A stretch of 62,713 nt of DNA, the filler included. It is 8 parts of 8 records of this genome, joined end to end, with 100 filler letters (N's around TTAATTAATTAA, not from the genome) between each part and the next. Parts side by side here need not be neighbours in the genome. Positions count along the whole stretch, not along the records: positions 34,829 to 46,296 come from SRR31156797_45197; positions 46,397 to 55,946 come from SRR31156797_45232; 6 more parts are not named here. One strand, 5' to 3'. Shown piece by piece: positions 41,016 through 50,454 of this stretch (within the stretch, counting starts at the first letter, position 1; every line of letters begins with the position of its first letter). The notes beneath the pieces are model-generated. The model worked only from the letters and a program-made list of their open reading frames with translations. It ran no database searches and was not told the origin of the DNA. The position numbers and the translations under genes were made by a program.

Positions 41016-42089
41016 ATGGAAGAGTGGATCGACCAGATGCAGGGGTTTATCAACACCCCTGAACAATTAAGAGATATGATCAACCTGACCGGCCCGGAAG
41101 CGGAAGCCCTGGCCCGGCTCAACACCCGGTGGGGAGCCACCCCCTACTTTGCCTCCCTCATGGACAGGGACGACCCGGACTGCCCCGTCCGAAAGCAGAT
41201 CATCCCCTCCTTGAAAGAGCTTGAGAACCAATACGGGATGAAGGATTACCTGATCTTCCACGAAAACAGGGCACTGGACAGCAACCGGCCGGACTGCATC
41301 GCCCAACAATATACCGACCGGGTCGCCTTTACCGTCATCGACCGGTGCGCATCCTACTGCCGCCACTGTTTCAGAAGAGAGGTGGTGGTGGACCGGGAGC
41401 TCAAGCTCCGGTTTGACGTGGACGAGGGATTGAAGTGGATCAGCCGGAACAAGGAGATCAGGGACGTGCTCGTCACCGGTGGGGACCCCTTTCTCCTGTC
41501 AGACGAGCGGCTGGAGTATCTCATCGCAAGACTCAGGGAGATCGACCATGTCAAAATGATCCGGTTCGGAACAAGGACCGTCATCAACCTTCCCCAGCGG
41601 ATCACCCCGGGCCTCATGAAGATCCTCGGCCGGTACCACCGGGTGCCCATCTGGGTCAACACCCAGTGCAACCACCCGAAGGAAATCACCGAAACAACGG
41701 CAAGGGCGGTGTTTGATCTGCTCAAATGCGGCGTCAACGTGGGGAACCAGGCCGTGCTGCTCAAGGGAATCAACGATGATGTCCCCACCTTCAGGGAACT
41801 CCACCAAAAGCTTCTCACCGTGAGAATCCGGCCCTACTATCTTTTCTACTGCGAGGCAGCCCCGGGCATCGACCACTTCAGGACCCCTGTTGAAAAAGGC
41901 TCCCAGCTCATCCGGGACGCCCTCCAGGGCCATACCACCGGCCTTGCACGTCCCCACCACGTGATCGCCACGAACATCGGCAAGATTCCCCTCATGCCCG
42001 ACCACTACATGGAGGGAAAAACGGACACGGAGTATCAATTGAGGAACTACAAGGGCGAGAAAACCAGCCTGCCGATCATCCCAGAATAG
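41016..42089 (+). CDS. KamA-family radical SAM/PLP aminomutase (divergent)
   Basis: CASYCRHCFRR, VTGGDP, RFGTR, NHP.E, NQAVLLKGIND, RPYY, GKIP. Confidence 0.9.
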   Translation: MEEWIDQMQGFINTPEQLRDMINLTGPEAEALARLNTRWGATPYFASLMDRDDPDCPVRKQIIPSLKELENQYGMKDYLIFHENRALDSNRPDCIAQQYTDRVAFTVIDRCASYCRHCFRREVVVDRELKLRFDVDEGLKWISRNKEIRDVLVTGGDPFLLSDERLEYLIARLREIDHVKMIRFGTRTVINLPQRITPGLMKILGRYHRVPIWVNTQCNHPKEITETTARAVFDLLKCGVNVGNQAVLLKGINDDVPTFRELHQKLLTVRIRPYYLFYCEAAPGIDHFRTPVEKGSQLIRDALQGHTTGLARPHHVIATNIGKIPLMPDHYMEGKTDTEYQLRNYKGEKTSLPIIPE

Positions 42090-42786
42090 CCATGGCATTT
42101 GCGAAGACAAGGTCGTCCCGGGTGGTGATCTTGATATTTTTGGCCGAGCCTTGGGCCATGAACACCTTGTGCCCCAGGTGGGCGACCAGGGAAGCGTCGT
42201 CGGTTCCGAAGAATCCTGTTTCCCGGGCGTGGTCGTGGGCCCGAACCACAAGACCAAGGTCAAAGCACTGGGGGGTCTGGACCTGGAACAGGGCGTTCCT
42301 GTCCACGTTTTCCCCGGTAAATCCCTCGGAGTCGGATTTCACCAGGGTGTCCTTCACCGGCACCACCGGGATGGCGGCCCCGTGCTTTTGGGCGGCTTGA
42401 ACACAGCTTTGGATCATGGGGGTGTCCACAAAGGGGCGGACACCGTCGTGGATGAGAACCAGGGAGGTTTCGGGAAAGCGGGCAAGGTCCGCCACCCGGG
42501 AAAGCCCGTTTCGAACCGACTCCTGGCGCTCGGCGCCGCCCCGCACCAGGCGGACGGATTGGTCAAGGCCGTGGGGGGTGAGAATCTCGTCCCGGCAGAA
42601 CCCCAGGTCCTGCTCCGGCACCACCAGAACAATACCGCTGATGCCGGGGTAGCCGTGGAACCGGTTAAGGGTGTGGACCAGAACGGGAAGCCCGGCCAGG
42701 TCCAGGTACTGTTTCCGGACCGCTGATTCCATGCGGAGACCCTTGCCTCCGGCAACGATCACGGCAAATAGTTCGGTGTCAGACAA
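42076..42786 (-). CDS. ispD: 2-C-methyl-D-erythritol 4-phosphate cytidylyltransferase
   Basis: AGGKGLRM....KQY, GGAERQESV, IHDGVRP, QTPQ, TDDASL, NIKITT. Confidence 0.96.
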   Translation of the reverse strand: MSDTELFAVIVAGGKGLRMESAVRKQYLDLAGLPVLVHTLNRFHGYPGISGIVLVVPEQDLGFCRDEILTPHGLDQSVRLVRGGAERQESVRNGLSRVADLARFPETSLVLIHDGVRPFVDTPMIQSCVQAAQKHGAAIPVVPVKDTLVKSDSEGFTGENVDRNALFQVQTPQCFDLGLVVRAHDHARETGFFGTDDASLVAHLGHKVFMAQGSAKNIKITTRDDLVFANAMAILG

Positions 42787-42810
42787 TTATATGATCCTCA
42801 CAAAAATGCA

Positions 42811-44115
42811 TCACCTAAGGTAGGAAAGTTCCGAAGGAAGGGGCACTCCTTTACCCATGGAATCTTCCCCGTAATTGACCCTGGCAAGGACCTCCAGATC
42901 GGCAAGGGCCCTGGAATCGCCCCTGAACTCCACCTGCTGGACATCCTCCTTCTTGATCTTCCCGCCTGCCCACTGCATGTCAAGGACACTGGCCGCGTCA
43001 AAGCTGTCCTCCCCCACGCACATGGTCACCTCCCCGCCATAGTGCTGGACGATCTTGGCCACAAGCAGGCTGGGCCGGCTGTGGAACCCCCTCTCCTGGG
43101 GGATGCCAACGGTGATGGAGGAACGGTCAATGCTTTCGTTCAACACCTGGGAGGCGAGCTCCTTGCCCGAAGAGAGGAACTGCCAGGCGTAGAAGAGCCC
43201 GTAATTGATGGACCGGTCCAGAAGGACATCGGGATCGATGATCTCTGCCAGGGACTCGCTGACGGTCTTGTAGGTATCCTTGTATTCAACGTCGTGGAGG
43301 TGGCGTTCATAGAAGTGAAGCAGCCGCCCCATGACCTGGAGGATATGAAACGCGATGGAGAAATGGCTCCGGAGCTGTTTCAGCTTCCGGTTACCGCGGA
43401 AAAAGCCCCCGTGGATCACATAGGAATCAAAGGAGCTCTGGAGATTGTGGAGGAGCATCTCGAACCTGCGAATGCCGACCTCGTTTACCTTTGCCGGGAC
43501 CAGCTCCCGGATGCCCTTGAGGTCGTAGGGTTCGTAAAAGGCGAACTGCTCAAAATTGCCGATGATCTCCAGAAAATCGCTTGCGATGCTGGTCAGGTTC
43601 TGCTGCAGGGGATCCCGGTCATCCAGATCATCGATATTATGCTCCAGTTGCTCGCCGGTCATGATGCCCGGAAAAAACCTTGGGTCATACCCAAACCCGG
43701 GAATCTCGATGCCTAGCTTGCTTGCCTCCTTGAGGATCACGGGAGCGGCAAGCTTGATGGAGTTCTGGATCACAAGAAGGGTTGCTTTTGACTCGAGCTT
43801 GAACGCTTTCGTATCATTGAGCTCATAAAACTTCAGGCGGTTGAGGATGTGCTTCTGGGAGTAGCCGGCCAGGGCAAGGTGGCGCATGGCCGCGGAAAGC
43901 TCCCGGTAGAAGACCCACTGCCGGTTGTTCTTTGCCCCGTGAAAATCGAGGAAATCCTCCAGCAGGTGGGAAGCGGTGATGAGCTTGGAGTACAGCTTCT
44001 TGGTAAGAACGTAATCCTCTGATTCCACATCCTCGATGAACCGAATGCACTTCAGATACTCAAAAGAGAATAGATTTGCCTTTTCTTTGAACGATATTTC
44101 ACAACAGATTGCCAT
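42811..44115 (-). CDS. Protein with an unknown ~330-aa N-terminal domain and a C-terminal HPr domain
   Basis: C-terminal GFHSRPS (His15 motif) and DAASVLD (Ser46 motif). Confidence 0.82.
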   Translation of the reverse strand: MAICCEISFKEKANLFSFEYLKCIRFIEDVESEDYVLTKKLYSKLITASHLLEDFLDFHGAKNNRQWVFYRELSAAMRHLALAGYSQKHILNRLKFYELNDTKAFKLESKATLLVIQNSIKLAAPVILKEASKLGIEIPGFGYDPRFFPGIMTGEQLEHNIDDLDDRDPLQQNLTSIASDFLEIIGNFEQFAFYEPYDLKGIRELVPAKVNEVGIRRFEMLLHNLQSSFDSYVIHGGFFRGNRKLKQLRSHFSIAFHILQVMGRLLHFYERHLHDVEYKDTYKTVSESLAEIIDPDVLLDRSINYGLFYAWQFLSSGKELASQVLNESIDRSSITVGIPQERGFHSRPSLLVAKIVQHYGGEVTMCVGEDSFDAASVLDMQWAGGKIKKEDVQQVEFRGDSRALADLEVLARVNYGEDSMGKGVPLPSELSYLR

Positions 44116-44129
44116 GGTATGGTCAAGCC

Positions 44130-45302
44130 CTACATCATGTCCTGTTCAGTCTCCTGAACCGCCTTGTCCATCCGTGCGGCAAGTTCCGCAGGCAGACCCT
44201 CGATATCCACATTTAAAAATCCCCGGACGATGGTTGAGACCGCCTCGTCCTCGTCAAGCCCCCTTGCCATGAGGTACTCGATCTCACGCTTGTCGATCTT
44301 TCCGACGGCGGCCTCATGGGAGAGTTCAACCCCGGGGGTATGACCGGACAGCTCCGGAATCGCATGGAGAAGCCCGTCCTTAAGAATCAGCCCCTTGCAC
44401 TCCAGGTGTCCCTTGACACCGGGTACGAGGCTCTTGAGATGCCCCCTGGAGATGATGGTCCCGCCGGCGGCAATGGCCCTTGAGATGATCTCGGCCCGTG
44501 CCCCGGGCGCCTTGAGCTCAACCACCGATCCCACATCCATGTGGGAGCCTTTACCGGCCACCAGAATGGAGTTGAACCGGGCCGTGGCATCTTTTTCAAG
44601 ATAGGTCACGGGATTGGATTCAAGGGAGCCCACCGGCTTGAGGGAGATATAGTTGGAAATGAACACCCCGCCCTCTTCCACATGGACGGCGGTCCTCGGC
44701 CGGACGCAGACATTCTCGCCCCAGTCGTGGATCATGGTGTATTTCAGGGTGGCCCCTTTTTTTACAAAAAACTCAGACAGGCCGATGTGAAGTCCGGATT
44801 GAAGATGTTCCGAGGTGGAGCATCCGGCGATGATATGGATCTCGGACCCTTCTTCGGCAATGATGAGGTTATGGACGTTCTGGGCAAAACCGTCCTTTGC
44901 CATGTGCAGGCAGGTCTGGAGCGGCTTTTCCGTCTTCACCCCCGGCTTGCTCCGGATGCAGAACCCCTGGAGGGGCGCTTTTTTAGCAGACTGGGTGAAC
45001 TGATCCTTTTCCGGATCAAGAAGGCGCCACAGGTAGCTTTCAATCCCGGGGTCCTTTTCCAGGGCCTGGGCGATTCCGGAGATTTCCACCCCGTCCGTTG
45101 AACGGCTGCAGTGGACGATGGATGCGTCCTTCTGGATAAAGGAACCGGACCGAAGGGAGGAATGGGTCTCTATGCCCACCTTCAAAAACTCCCGGGCATC
45201 TTCCCCGTTTATCCGGTCAAGGGTCTCCCGGTAGCCATGTTCATCGGCTTCGGTACTGTAGTGGGCAAGGTCCACACGATTGGATTCATCTATGCTGAAC
45301 AT
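44130..45302 (-). CDS. SufB/D-family Fe-S scaffold (SmsB-like)
   Basis: GHLECKGLIL, AIPEL, LSHEAAVGKI...IEYLMARGL; GAGGAG RBS before ATG 45302. Confidence 0.9.
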   Translation of the reverse strand: MFSIDESNRVDLAHYSTEADEHGYRETLDRINGEDAREFLKVGIETHSSLRSGSFIQKDASIVHCSRSTDGVEISGIAQALEKDPGIESYLWRLLDPEKDQFTQSAKKAPLQGFCIRSKPGVKTEKPLQTCLHMAKDGFAQNVHNLIIAEEGSEIHIIAGCSTSEHLQSGLHIGLSEFFVKKGATLKYTMIHDWGENVCVRPRTAVHVEEGGVFISNYISLKPVGSLESNPVTYLEKDATARFNSILVAGKGSHMDVGSVVELKAPGARAEIISRAIAAGGTIISRGHLKSLVPGVKGHLECKGLILKDGLLHAIPELSGHTPGVELSHEAAVGKIDKREIEYLMARGLDEDEAVSTIVRGFLNVDIEGLPAELAARMDKAVQETEQDMM

Positions 45303-46045
45303 CCGACACACTCCTCATATCCGTATTCCCGGATCCACTTGAGAATTTCCCTGGCATTGCGTGAGCAGCGCAGTTGCCCTTTATAAAGGACCTGGCCCTT
45401 GTCGGCTGTGATGTAATCCAGAATGTGACCGGTGTGGGTGATGACAAGAGCGGACTTTGGTTTGGCGTTGATGAGGCTTTTCTGGCAGGCGGGATGATTC
45501 TTGATGCCCCGGTTCAACAGTTGGTTGATGTTGTCGCCCAGAAGGACGATGGACTCGAGGTCCACCCCGGACTCGGGCTCGTCCAGAAGCAAAAAGTCGG
45601 GATCCTGTGCGGCAAGCTGGAGGAGTTCGCTTCGCTTGATCTCACCGCCGGACAGGTTGCTGTTCACGTCCCTGTCGAGAAATTCCTGGAAGTTGAGGCG
45701 CTGGGACATGGCGTCCACATCCACCTTTCTTCCGTTGCCGCAGATCTCCACCATGCGGCGGGTGGAGAGGCCGTTGATGGTGGGGGGACGCTGAAAAAGG
45801 ACACCGACACCGAGCCTTGCCCGTTCATGTACCGGCATGTGGGTGACGTCCTCACCCTTGAACACGATCCGCCCCCGGGTGACCTTGTATCCTGAGAAGC
45901 CCATGATGGTCATCATCAGCGACGTTTTTCCGGACCCGTTGGGCCCGAACAGGATGTGGGTCTCTCCCGGAGGAACGTGGAGGTTGACGTTCTGAAGAAT
46001 TTCCTTTCCGCCAACCTCGACCTTAAGCTCCTCAATAAGTAGCAT
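45290..46045 (-). CDS. sufC: SufC-family Fe-S assembly ATPase (SmsC-like)
   Basis: GPNGSGKT, LSGGEIKRSE, LDEPESGVD, ITH; C-terminal C...ECVGC. Confidence 0.88.
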   Translation of the reverse strand: MLLIEELKVEVGGKEILQNVNLHVPPGETHILFGPNGSGKTSLMMTIMGFSGYKVTRGRIVFKGEDVTHMPVHERARLGVGVLFQRPPTINGLSTRRMVEICGNGRKVDVDAMSQRLNFQEFLDRDVNSNLSGGEIKRSELLQLAAQDPDFLLLDEPESGVDLESIVLLGDNINQLLNRGIKNHPACQKSLINAKPKSALVITHTGHILDYITADKGQVLYKGQLRCSRNAREILKWIREYGYEECVGCSA

Positions 46046-46144
46046 AATCGATCCTTATGAAAACTGATCATGGCTCAACTTCCGGAGGCCGGCGGTGATC
46101 AACAGCCGACTCCGAAAGCTGAACGCATAAAATAAAAAAAATAC

Positions 46145-46296
46145 GGCCGGACCAGCCAGTAAGCCGAATCCTGTTCCCTGGCACGGTTACCCGAAACCAG
46201 GGCGACGATCATTCATCTGGGATGCACGTTGCCGTACACCTCAAGCAACCTACCCGGAAGCTCGGACGGGCAGCCCTCAAACACTTCCCTATTTGG
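46145..46296 (-). ncRNA. rnpB: RNase P RNA, 3' part (5' end beyond the contig)
   Basis: Minus strand CCAAATAGG...GGGTAGGTTGCTTGAG...AGATGAATGATCG...ACAGGATTCGGCTTAC, followed by a T-rich tract. Confidence 0.92.
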
Positions 46297-46396
46297 NNNN
46301 NNNNNNNNNNNNNNNNNNNNNNNNNNNNNNNNNNNNNNNNTTAATTAATTAANNNNNNNNNNNNNNNNNNNNNNNNNNNNNNNNNNNNNNNNNNNN
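46297..46396. other. Artificial contig-joining spacer
   Basis: N44-TTAATTAATTAA-N44. Confidence 0.98.
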
Positions 46397-46397
46397 G

Positions 46398-46904
46398 GAG
46401 ACCTTTGACGACAATGCCTATAAAAAGGCCGCTTTTGCCGCAAGGATCCTGGGGTATCCCGCCATTGCCGACGATTCCGGCCTGGAGGTCGAGGCCCTTG
46501 GGGGCAAGCCGGGTGTCCGGTCGGCCCGGTTCGCCGGGGAGGACGCAACGGACCAGGAGAACAGCGATAAGCTGCTGCAGGAGATGAAGGGCAAGACCAA
46601 CAGGGCCGCCGCATTCAAGTGCGTCGTTTCCATTGCCATTCCCACCGGTCCAGCCCTGACCTACGAGGGAGAGTGCCACGGCACCATCATGGAAGCGCCC
46701 AGGGGGGAGAACGGGTTTGGTTATGATCCCCTGTTTTTCCATCCCGAGTTCAACAAGACCTTTGCCGAGATCTCCATGGAAGAGAAGAGTCGGGTGAGCC
46801 ATAGGGGAAAGGCGTTCCGGGAAGTGGCAGAGGAGTTTGACAAGGTGCTTGACTGGATCGATATCAACATGCCCGAATTTGAAAAGGTGAGTTGCGCCAA
46901 ATGA
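46398..46904 (+). CDS. rdgB: XTP/dITP diphosphatase (5' truncated)
   Basis: ETFDDNAYKKA, ADDSGLEVEALGGKPGVRSAR, GFGYDPLF, SHRG. Confidence 0.95.
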   Translation, partial: ETFDDNAYKKAAFAARILGYPAIADDSGLEVEALGGKPGVRSARFAGEDATDQENSDKLLQEMKGKTNRAAAFKCVVSIAIPTGPALTYEGECHGTIMEAPRGENGFGYDPLFFHPEFNKTFAEISMEEKSRVSHRGKAFREVAEEFDKVLDWIDINMPEFEKVSCAK

Positions 46905-47488
46905 AAGAAAACCATGTCCTGGAACTTGTGAAGAGCAATCGCAGTTGCCGCCGGTTTGACGCCTCCCAGCCCATGGCCCTTGACCTGCTGCGGGAGCTGG
47001 TGGAGCATGCCAGGCTTTCCGCCTCGGCCGCCAATCTCCAGCCCCTGAAGTATATCCTTTCCCGGGACCGGGCCAGGAATGACGAGATTTTTTCCTGCCT
47101 CACCTGGGCCGCCTATCTCAAGGACTGGAAGGGGCCTGTGGAAGAAGAACGGCCAACCGGGTATATCGTGATCCTGGGGGATCTTTCCATCACCAAGAAT
47201 TTCAGGTGCGACCATGGCATCGCGGCCCAGTCCATCCTCCTGGGGGCACGGGAAAAAGGGTATGCCGGCTGCATGATCGCCGCCTTCAACCCGAAACGCC
47301 TCAGGGAGATCCTTGCCGTTGGCGAAAACCAGGAGATTCTGCTGGTGATCGCCCTTGGAAAGCCCGTCGAAACAGCTGTCATCGAGGATCTCGAACCCGG
47401 TGGAGACATCCGCTATTATCGGGACGAAGACGGTATTCACCATGTCCCCAAACGCTCCCTTGACGAGATCATCGTCAACGCCTGGTAG
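46901..47488 (+). CDS. Nitroreductase-family protein
   Basis: NRSCRRF, SAANLQP, DHGIAAQSILLGA, HHVPKR; ATGA overlap with rdgB. Confidence 0.9.
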   Translation: MKENHVLELVKSNRSCRRFDASQPMALDLLRELVEHARLSASAANLQPLKYILSRDRARNDEIFSCLTWAAYLKDWKGPVEEERPTGYIVILGDLSITKNFRCDHGIAAQSILLGAREKGYAGCMIAAFNPKRLREILAVGENQEILLVIALGKPVETAVIEDLEPGGDIRYYRDEDGIHHVPKRSLDEIIVNAW

Positions 47489-47495
47489 ATCCGCC

Positions 47496-49175
47496 GTGAC
47501 AATATTACTCATAAATCCTGTCTGTATGGATGCGCGGGTCATGGACGAGGACGCCCGGTCGGTTCCCATGGGGCTTTTCTCAATCGGCGCCCTTTTACAG
47601 GAGAACCGGATCGATGCACAGGTGGTCAACCTTGCAGTGGCGCCGGATCCCGAGGCCCATCTTGCGGCCTTGATCCGCCGTTTCAAACCATCCATCCTCG
47701 GCTTCACCCTCCTGAATGCCACACGGTTCAGCGCCATGTCCCTGGCGAAACTTGCCAAAGGAATGGATCCCGGTATCACCGTGATCTTTGGGGGCCCCGG
47801 GGCCACGTTCCTTTCGGAGCACCTCTTTTCCGTCTGCCCGGAGCTCGATTATATCGTCACGGGGGAGGGGGAGTTCGCTTTTCTGGAACTTGCCGGGCAT
47901 GTGGCCGAGGGCCGGAACACATTGCCCCGCACCATCAAGGGGGTGATGTTCCGGGATGGCAATAAACTGACCCATACCGGTGAGCGAGAGCCCATCAAGG
48001 ACCTCGACGCCCTGCCCATGCCGGGCCGCTATTTTGATCTACAGCACCTCTCCCTGTCCAGGGGATGCCCGGGACGCTGCACCTTTTGCGGTTCCCCCCA
48101 ATTCTGGCCCGGGCCCCGGGTGCGGTTCCATTCTCCCAAATGGTTCGTCGATCACCTGGAGTTGCTGGTCAACCGGGGTATCACCCATTTTTTTGTATCC
48201 GACGATACCTTCACCATGGACCGGGCAAGGGTGATCGAGGTGTGCCAAACCATTATCCGGCGGGGGCTTTCCATCACCTGGGTGGCCATCTCCAGGGTGG
48301 ATTTCCTGGACAGGGAGATCCTGTCGTGGATGCGCCGGGCCGGATGCACCCAGATCAGCTTCGGGGTGGAAAGCGGCTCTGCCGCGATCCGGAAGACCCT
48401 TGGCAAGCCCGTGGCCAGGGACAGGATCGTTCAAGCCTTTAAACTGACGGCCTCCCATGGCATCCTGCCCCGGGCCTATTTTATCTACGGCTCCCCCGGG
48501 GAGAGTGACGAGACCATCCGGGAGAGCCTGGATCTGCTCATGGAGATACGCCCCTTGAGCGCTATTTTTTATCTCCTGGTCCTGTTCCCCGGCACCGCCC
48601 TCTACCGGGACCTCCAGGAAAGCGGCCGGCTCTCCGACCGGATCTGGGAACAGAAGATAGAAGACCTTCCCTGGTTTGAAGTCGATCCGGATCTTGATTT
48701 TGAGCGGGTAAAGGGATTTGGCGACACCCTGCGCCAGGGATTTTATTCAAACCTTGCGGCGTTTGCCGGGAGCATCGAGCTTGTGGATGAAAATGAACTC
48801 TATCCCTTCCATGCCGATTTCCTCTCCCGGCTGGCCATGACCTTCAGCCACGGAGAGTATGCCCGAAATCCGCTGGTGAAGAACCCGGTAAAAATCGCCC
48901 GGGCCCTGTACCAGCGGGCCCTTGGCTATTATCCGGACCATCGCGCTTTCCTGGGACTTGCCATGCTGTTCCAGAAACAGCGGCGCTTTGACAAGGCCAT
49001 CGCCCTGCTGGAGCAGGGGGTGACCCATTTCCCCGCCAGCAAGGACCTGAACATCTGCATGGCCGTGAGCCTCATGAACCTTGGGCGCTTCAAACAGGCC
49101 CTTGGTTTTCTTGAACCCTTAAAAGAGGAACCCGAAGTGAAACCCTATATCAAGGCCTGCAACCGTGCAATGTAA
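47496..49175 (+). CDS. B12-binding radical SAM protein with C-terminal TPR repeats
   Basis: PMGL..IGA, FGGPGAT, GEGE, SRGCPGRCTFC, DDTF, GVESGS; TPR-like tail; GTG start inferred. Confidence 0.88.
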   Translation: MTILLINPVCMDARVMDEDARSVPMGLFSIGALLQENRIDAQVVNLAVAPDPEAHLAALIRRFKPSILGFTLLNATRFSAMSLAKLAKGMDPGITVIFGGPGATFLSEHLFSVCPELDYIVTGEGEFAFLELAGHVAEGRNTLPRTIKGVMFRDGNKLTHTGEREPIKDLDALPMPGRYFDLQHLSLSRGCPGRCTFCGSPQFWPGPRVRFHSPKWFVDHLELLVNRGITHFFVSDDTFTMDRARVIEVCQTIIRRGLSITWVAISRVDFLDREILSWMRRAGCTQISFGVESGSAAIRKTLGKPVARDRIVQAFKLTASHGILPRAYFIYGSPGESDETIRESLDLLMEIRPLSAIFYLLVLFPGTALYRDLQESGRLSDRIWEQKIEDLPWFEVDPDLDFERVKGFGDTLRQGFYSNLAAFAGSIELVDENELYPFHADFLSRLAMTFSHGEYARNPLVKNPVKIARALYQRALGYYPDHRAFLGLAMLFQKQRRFDKAIALLEQGVTHFPASKDLNICMAVSLMNLGRFKQALGFLEPLKEEPEVKPYIKACNRAM

Positions 49176-49215
49176 CGATAAAACCGCCACGGCAACGGCA
49201 AAGCCGTCCGGGCCA

Positions 49216-50454
49216 ATGACAAAAACTTCCATGATCCGCCAGGTGTTTAGCAGGAAGATGCTGGTGGCCCTCGCCATGGGCTTCTCCTGCGGCGTGCCCC
49301 TGCTTCTAACCATCTCCGTGCTCCAGGCGTGGATGAAACAGGAGGGGGTGGATCTGGGGGTGATCGGCCTTTTCTCCCTGGTGGGACTGCCCTACACCCT
49401 GAAGTTCCTGTGGGCGCCCCTGTTTGACAGGTTCACCCTGCCGTTTCTGGGGCGGCGCAAGGGGTGGCTTGCCCTGGCCCAGATCTTCCTTGCCCTGGCC
49501 ATTTTGCTTCTCGGGTTTACCCAGCCGGCGCGGTTTCCCTGGCTTGTGGCCCTTGTGGCCTTTGTGGTCACCTTTTTCAGTGCTTCCCAGGACATTGTGG
49601 TGGACGCCTATCGGCGGGAGGACCTCGATGACCGGGAGCTGGGCCTTGGCTCCTCCATGTACATTTACGGGTATCGGCTCGGCATGCTTCTTGCCTCGGG
49701 GGGAGGGCTCATCCTGGCCGACCATATTCCCTTTTCCATGGTCTACGCCCTCATGGCCCTAGGCCTTGTGCCGGGTATTGTGGTGACGTTTCTGACCCCT
49801 GAACCCCGGGAGGTCCCGGGAAAGCCTGCCACCCTTTCCCAGGCGGTTGTGGCGCCCTTGAAGGAGTATTTTTCCCGGGACGGGGCGATCACCATCCTTG
49901 TCTTCATTCTGCTCTACAAGATCGGGGACACCATGGCTTCCGCCATGACCACTCCGTTTTATCTGGACATGGGGTTTTCCATGTCCGAGATCGGGACCGT
50001 GGTCAAGCTGTTCGGTTTCTGGGCCACCCTGATCGGGACCTTTACAGGCGGGCTCCTGATGCTTAGAATTGGGATCAACAGGAGCCTGTGGGTGTTTGGA
50101 GCGCTCCAGGCCCTGTCAACCGCGGGGTTTGCCTGGCTGGCCGTTGTGGGTCACAGCATTCCCCTGCTGGCGGGTGTGATCGCCTTTGAAAACCTGTCTG
50201 CCGGCATGGGTACGGCTGCTTATGTAGCCTTTATGGCATCCATGACCGATAGACGGTTCACGGCCACCCAGTATGCCCTGCTGTCCAGCCTCATGGGCAT
50301 CCCCCGGGTCATGGCGGCGGCGCCCACGGGATTTATTGCAAAATGCCTCGGCTGGGAGGGGTTTTTTATTGCCTGTACGGTGGTGGCACTGCCAGGTATG
50401 CTTCTTTTGTTGAAATGCGCTCCATGGAAAAGGGATCTTCAAGATGACCAATGA
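49216..50454 (+). CDS. ampG: AmpG-family muropeptide MFS transporter
   Basis: KFLWAPLFD, GRRKGW, SASQDIVVDAYR, FTATQYALLSS. Confidence 0.92.
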   Translation: MTKTSMIRQVFSRKMLVALAMGFSCGVPLLLTISVLQAWMKQEGVDLGVIGLFSLVGLPYTLKFLWAPLFDRFTLPFLGRRKGWLALAQIFLALAILLLGFTQPARFPWLVALVAFVVTFFSASQDIVVDAYRREDLDDRELGLGSSMYIYGYRLGMLLASGGGLILADHIPFSMVYALMALGLVPGIVVTFLTPEPREVPGKPATLSQAVVAPLKEYFSRDGAITILVFILLYKIGDTMASAMTTPFYLDMGFSMSEIGTVVKLFGFWATLIGTFTGGLLMLRIGINRSLWVFGALQALSTAGFAWLAVVGHSIPLLAGVIAFENLSAGMGTAAYVAFMASMTDRRFTATQYALLSSLMGIPRVMAAAPTGFIAKCLGWEGFFIACTVVALPGMLLLLKCAPWKRDLQDDQ

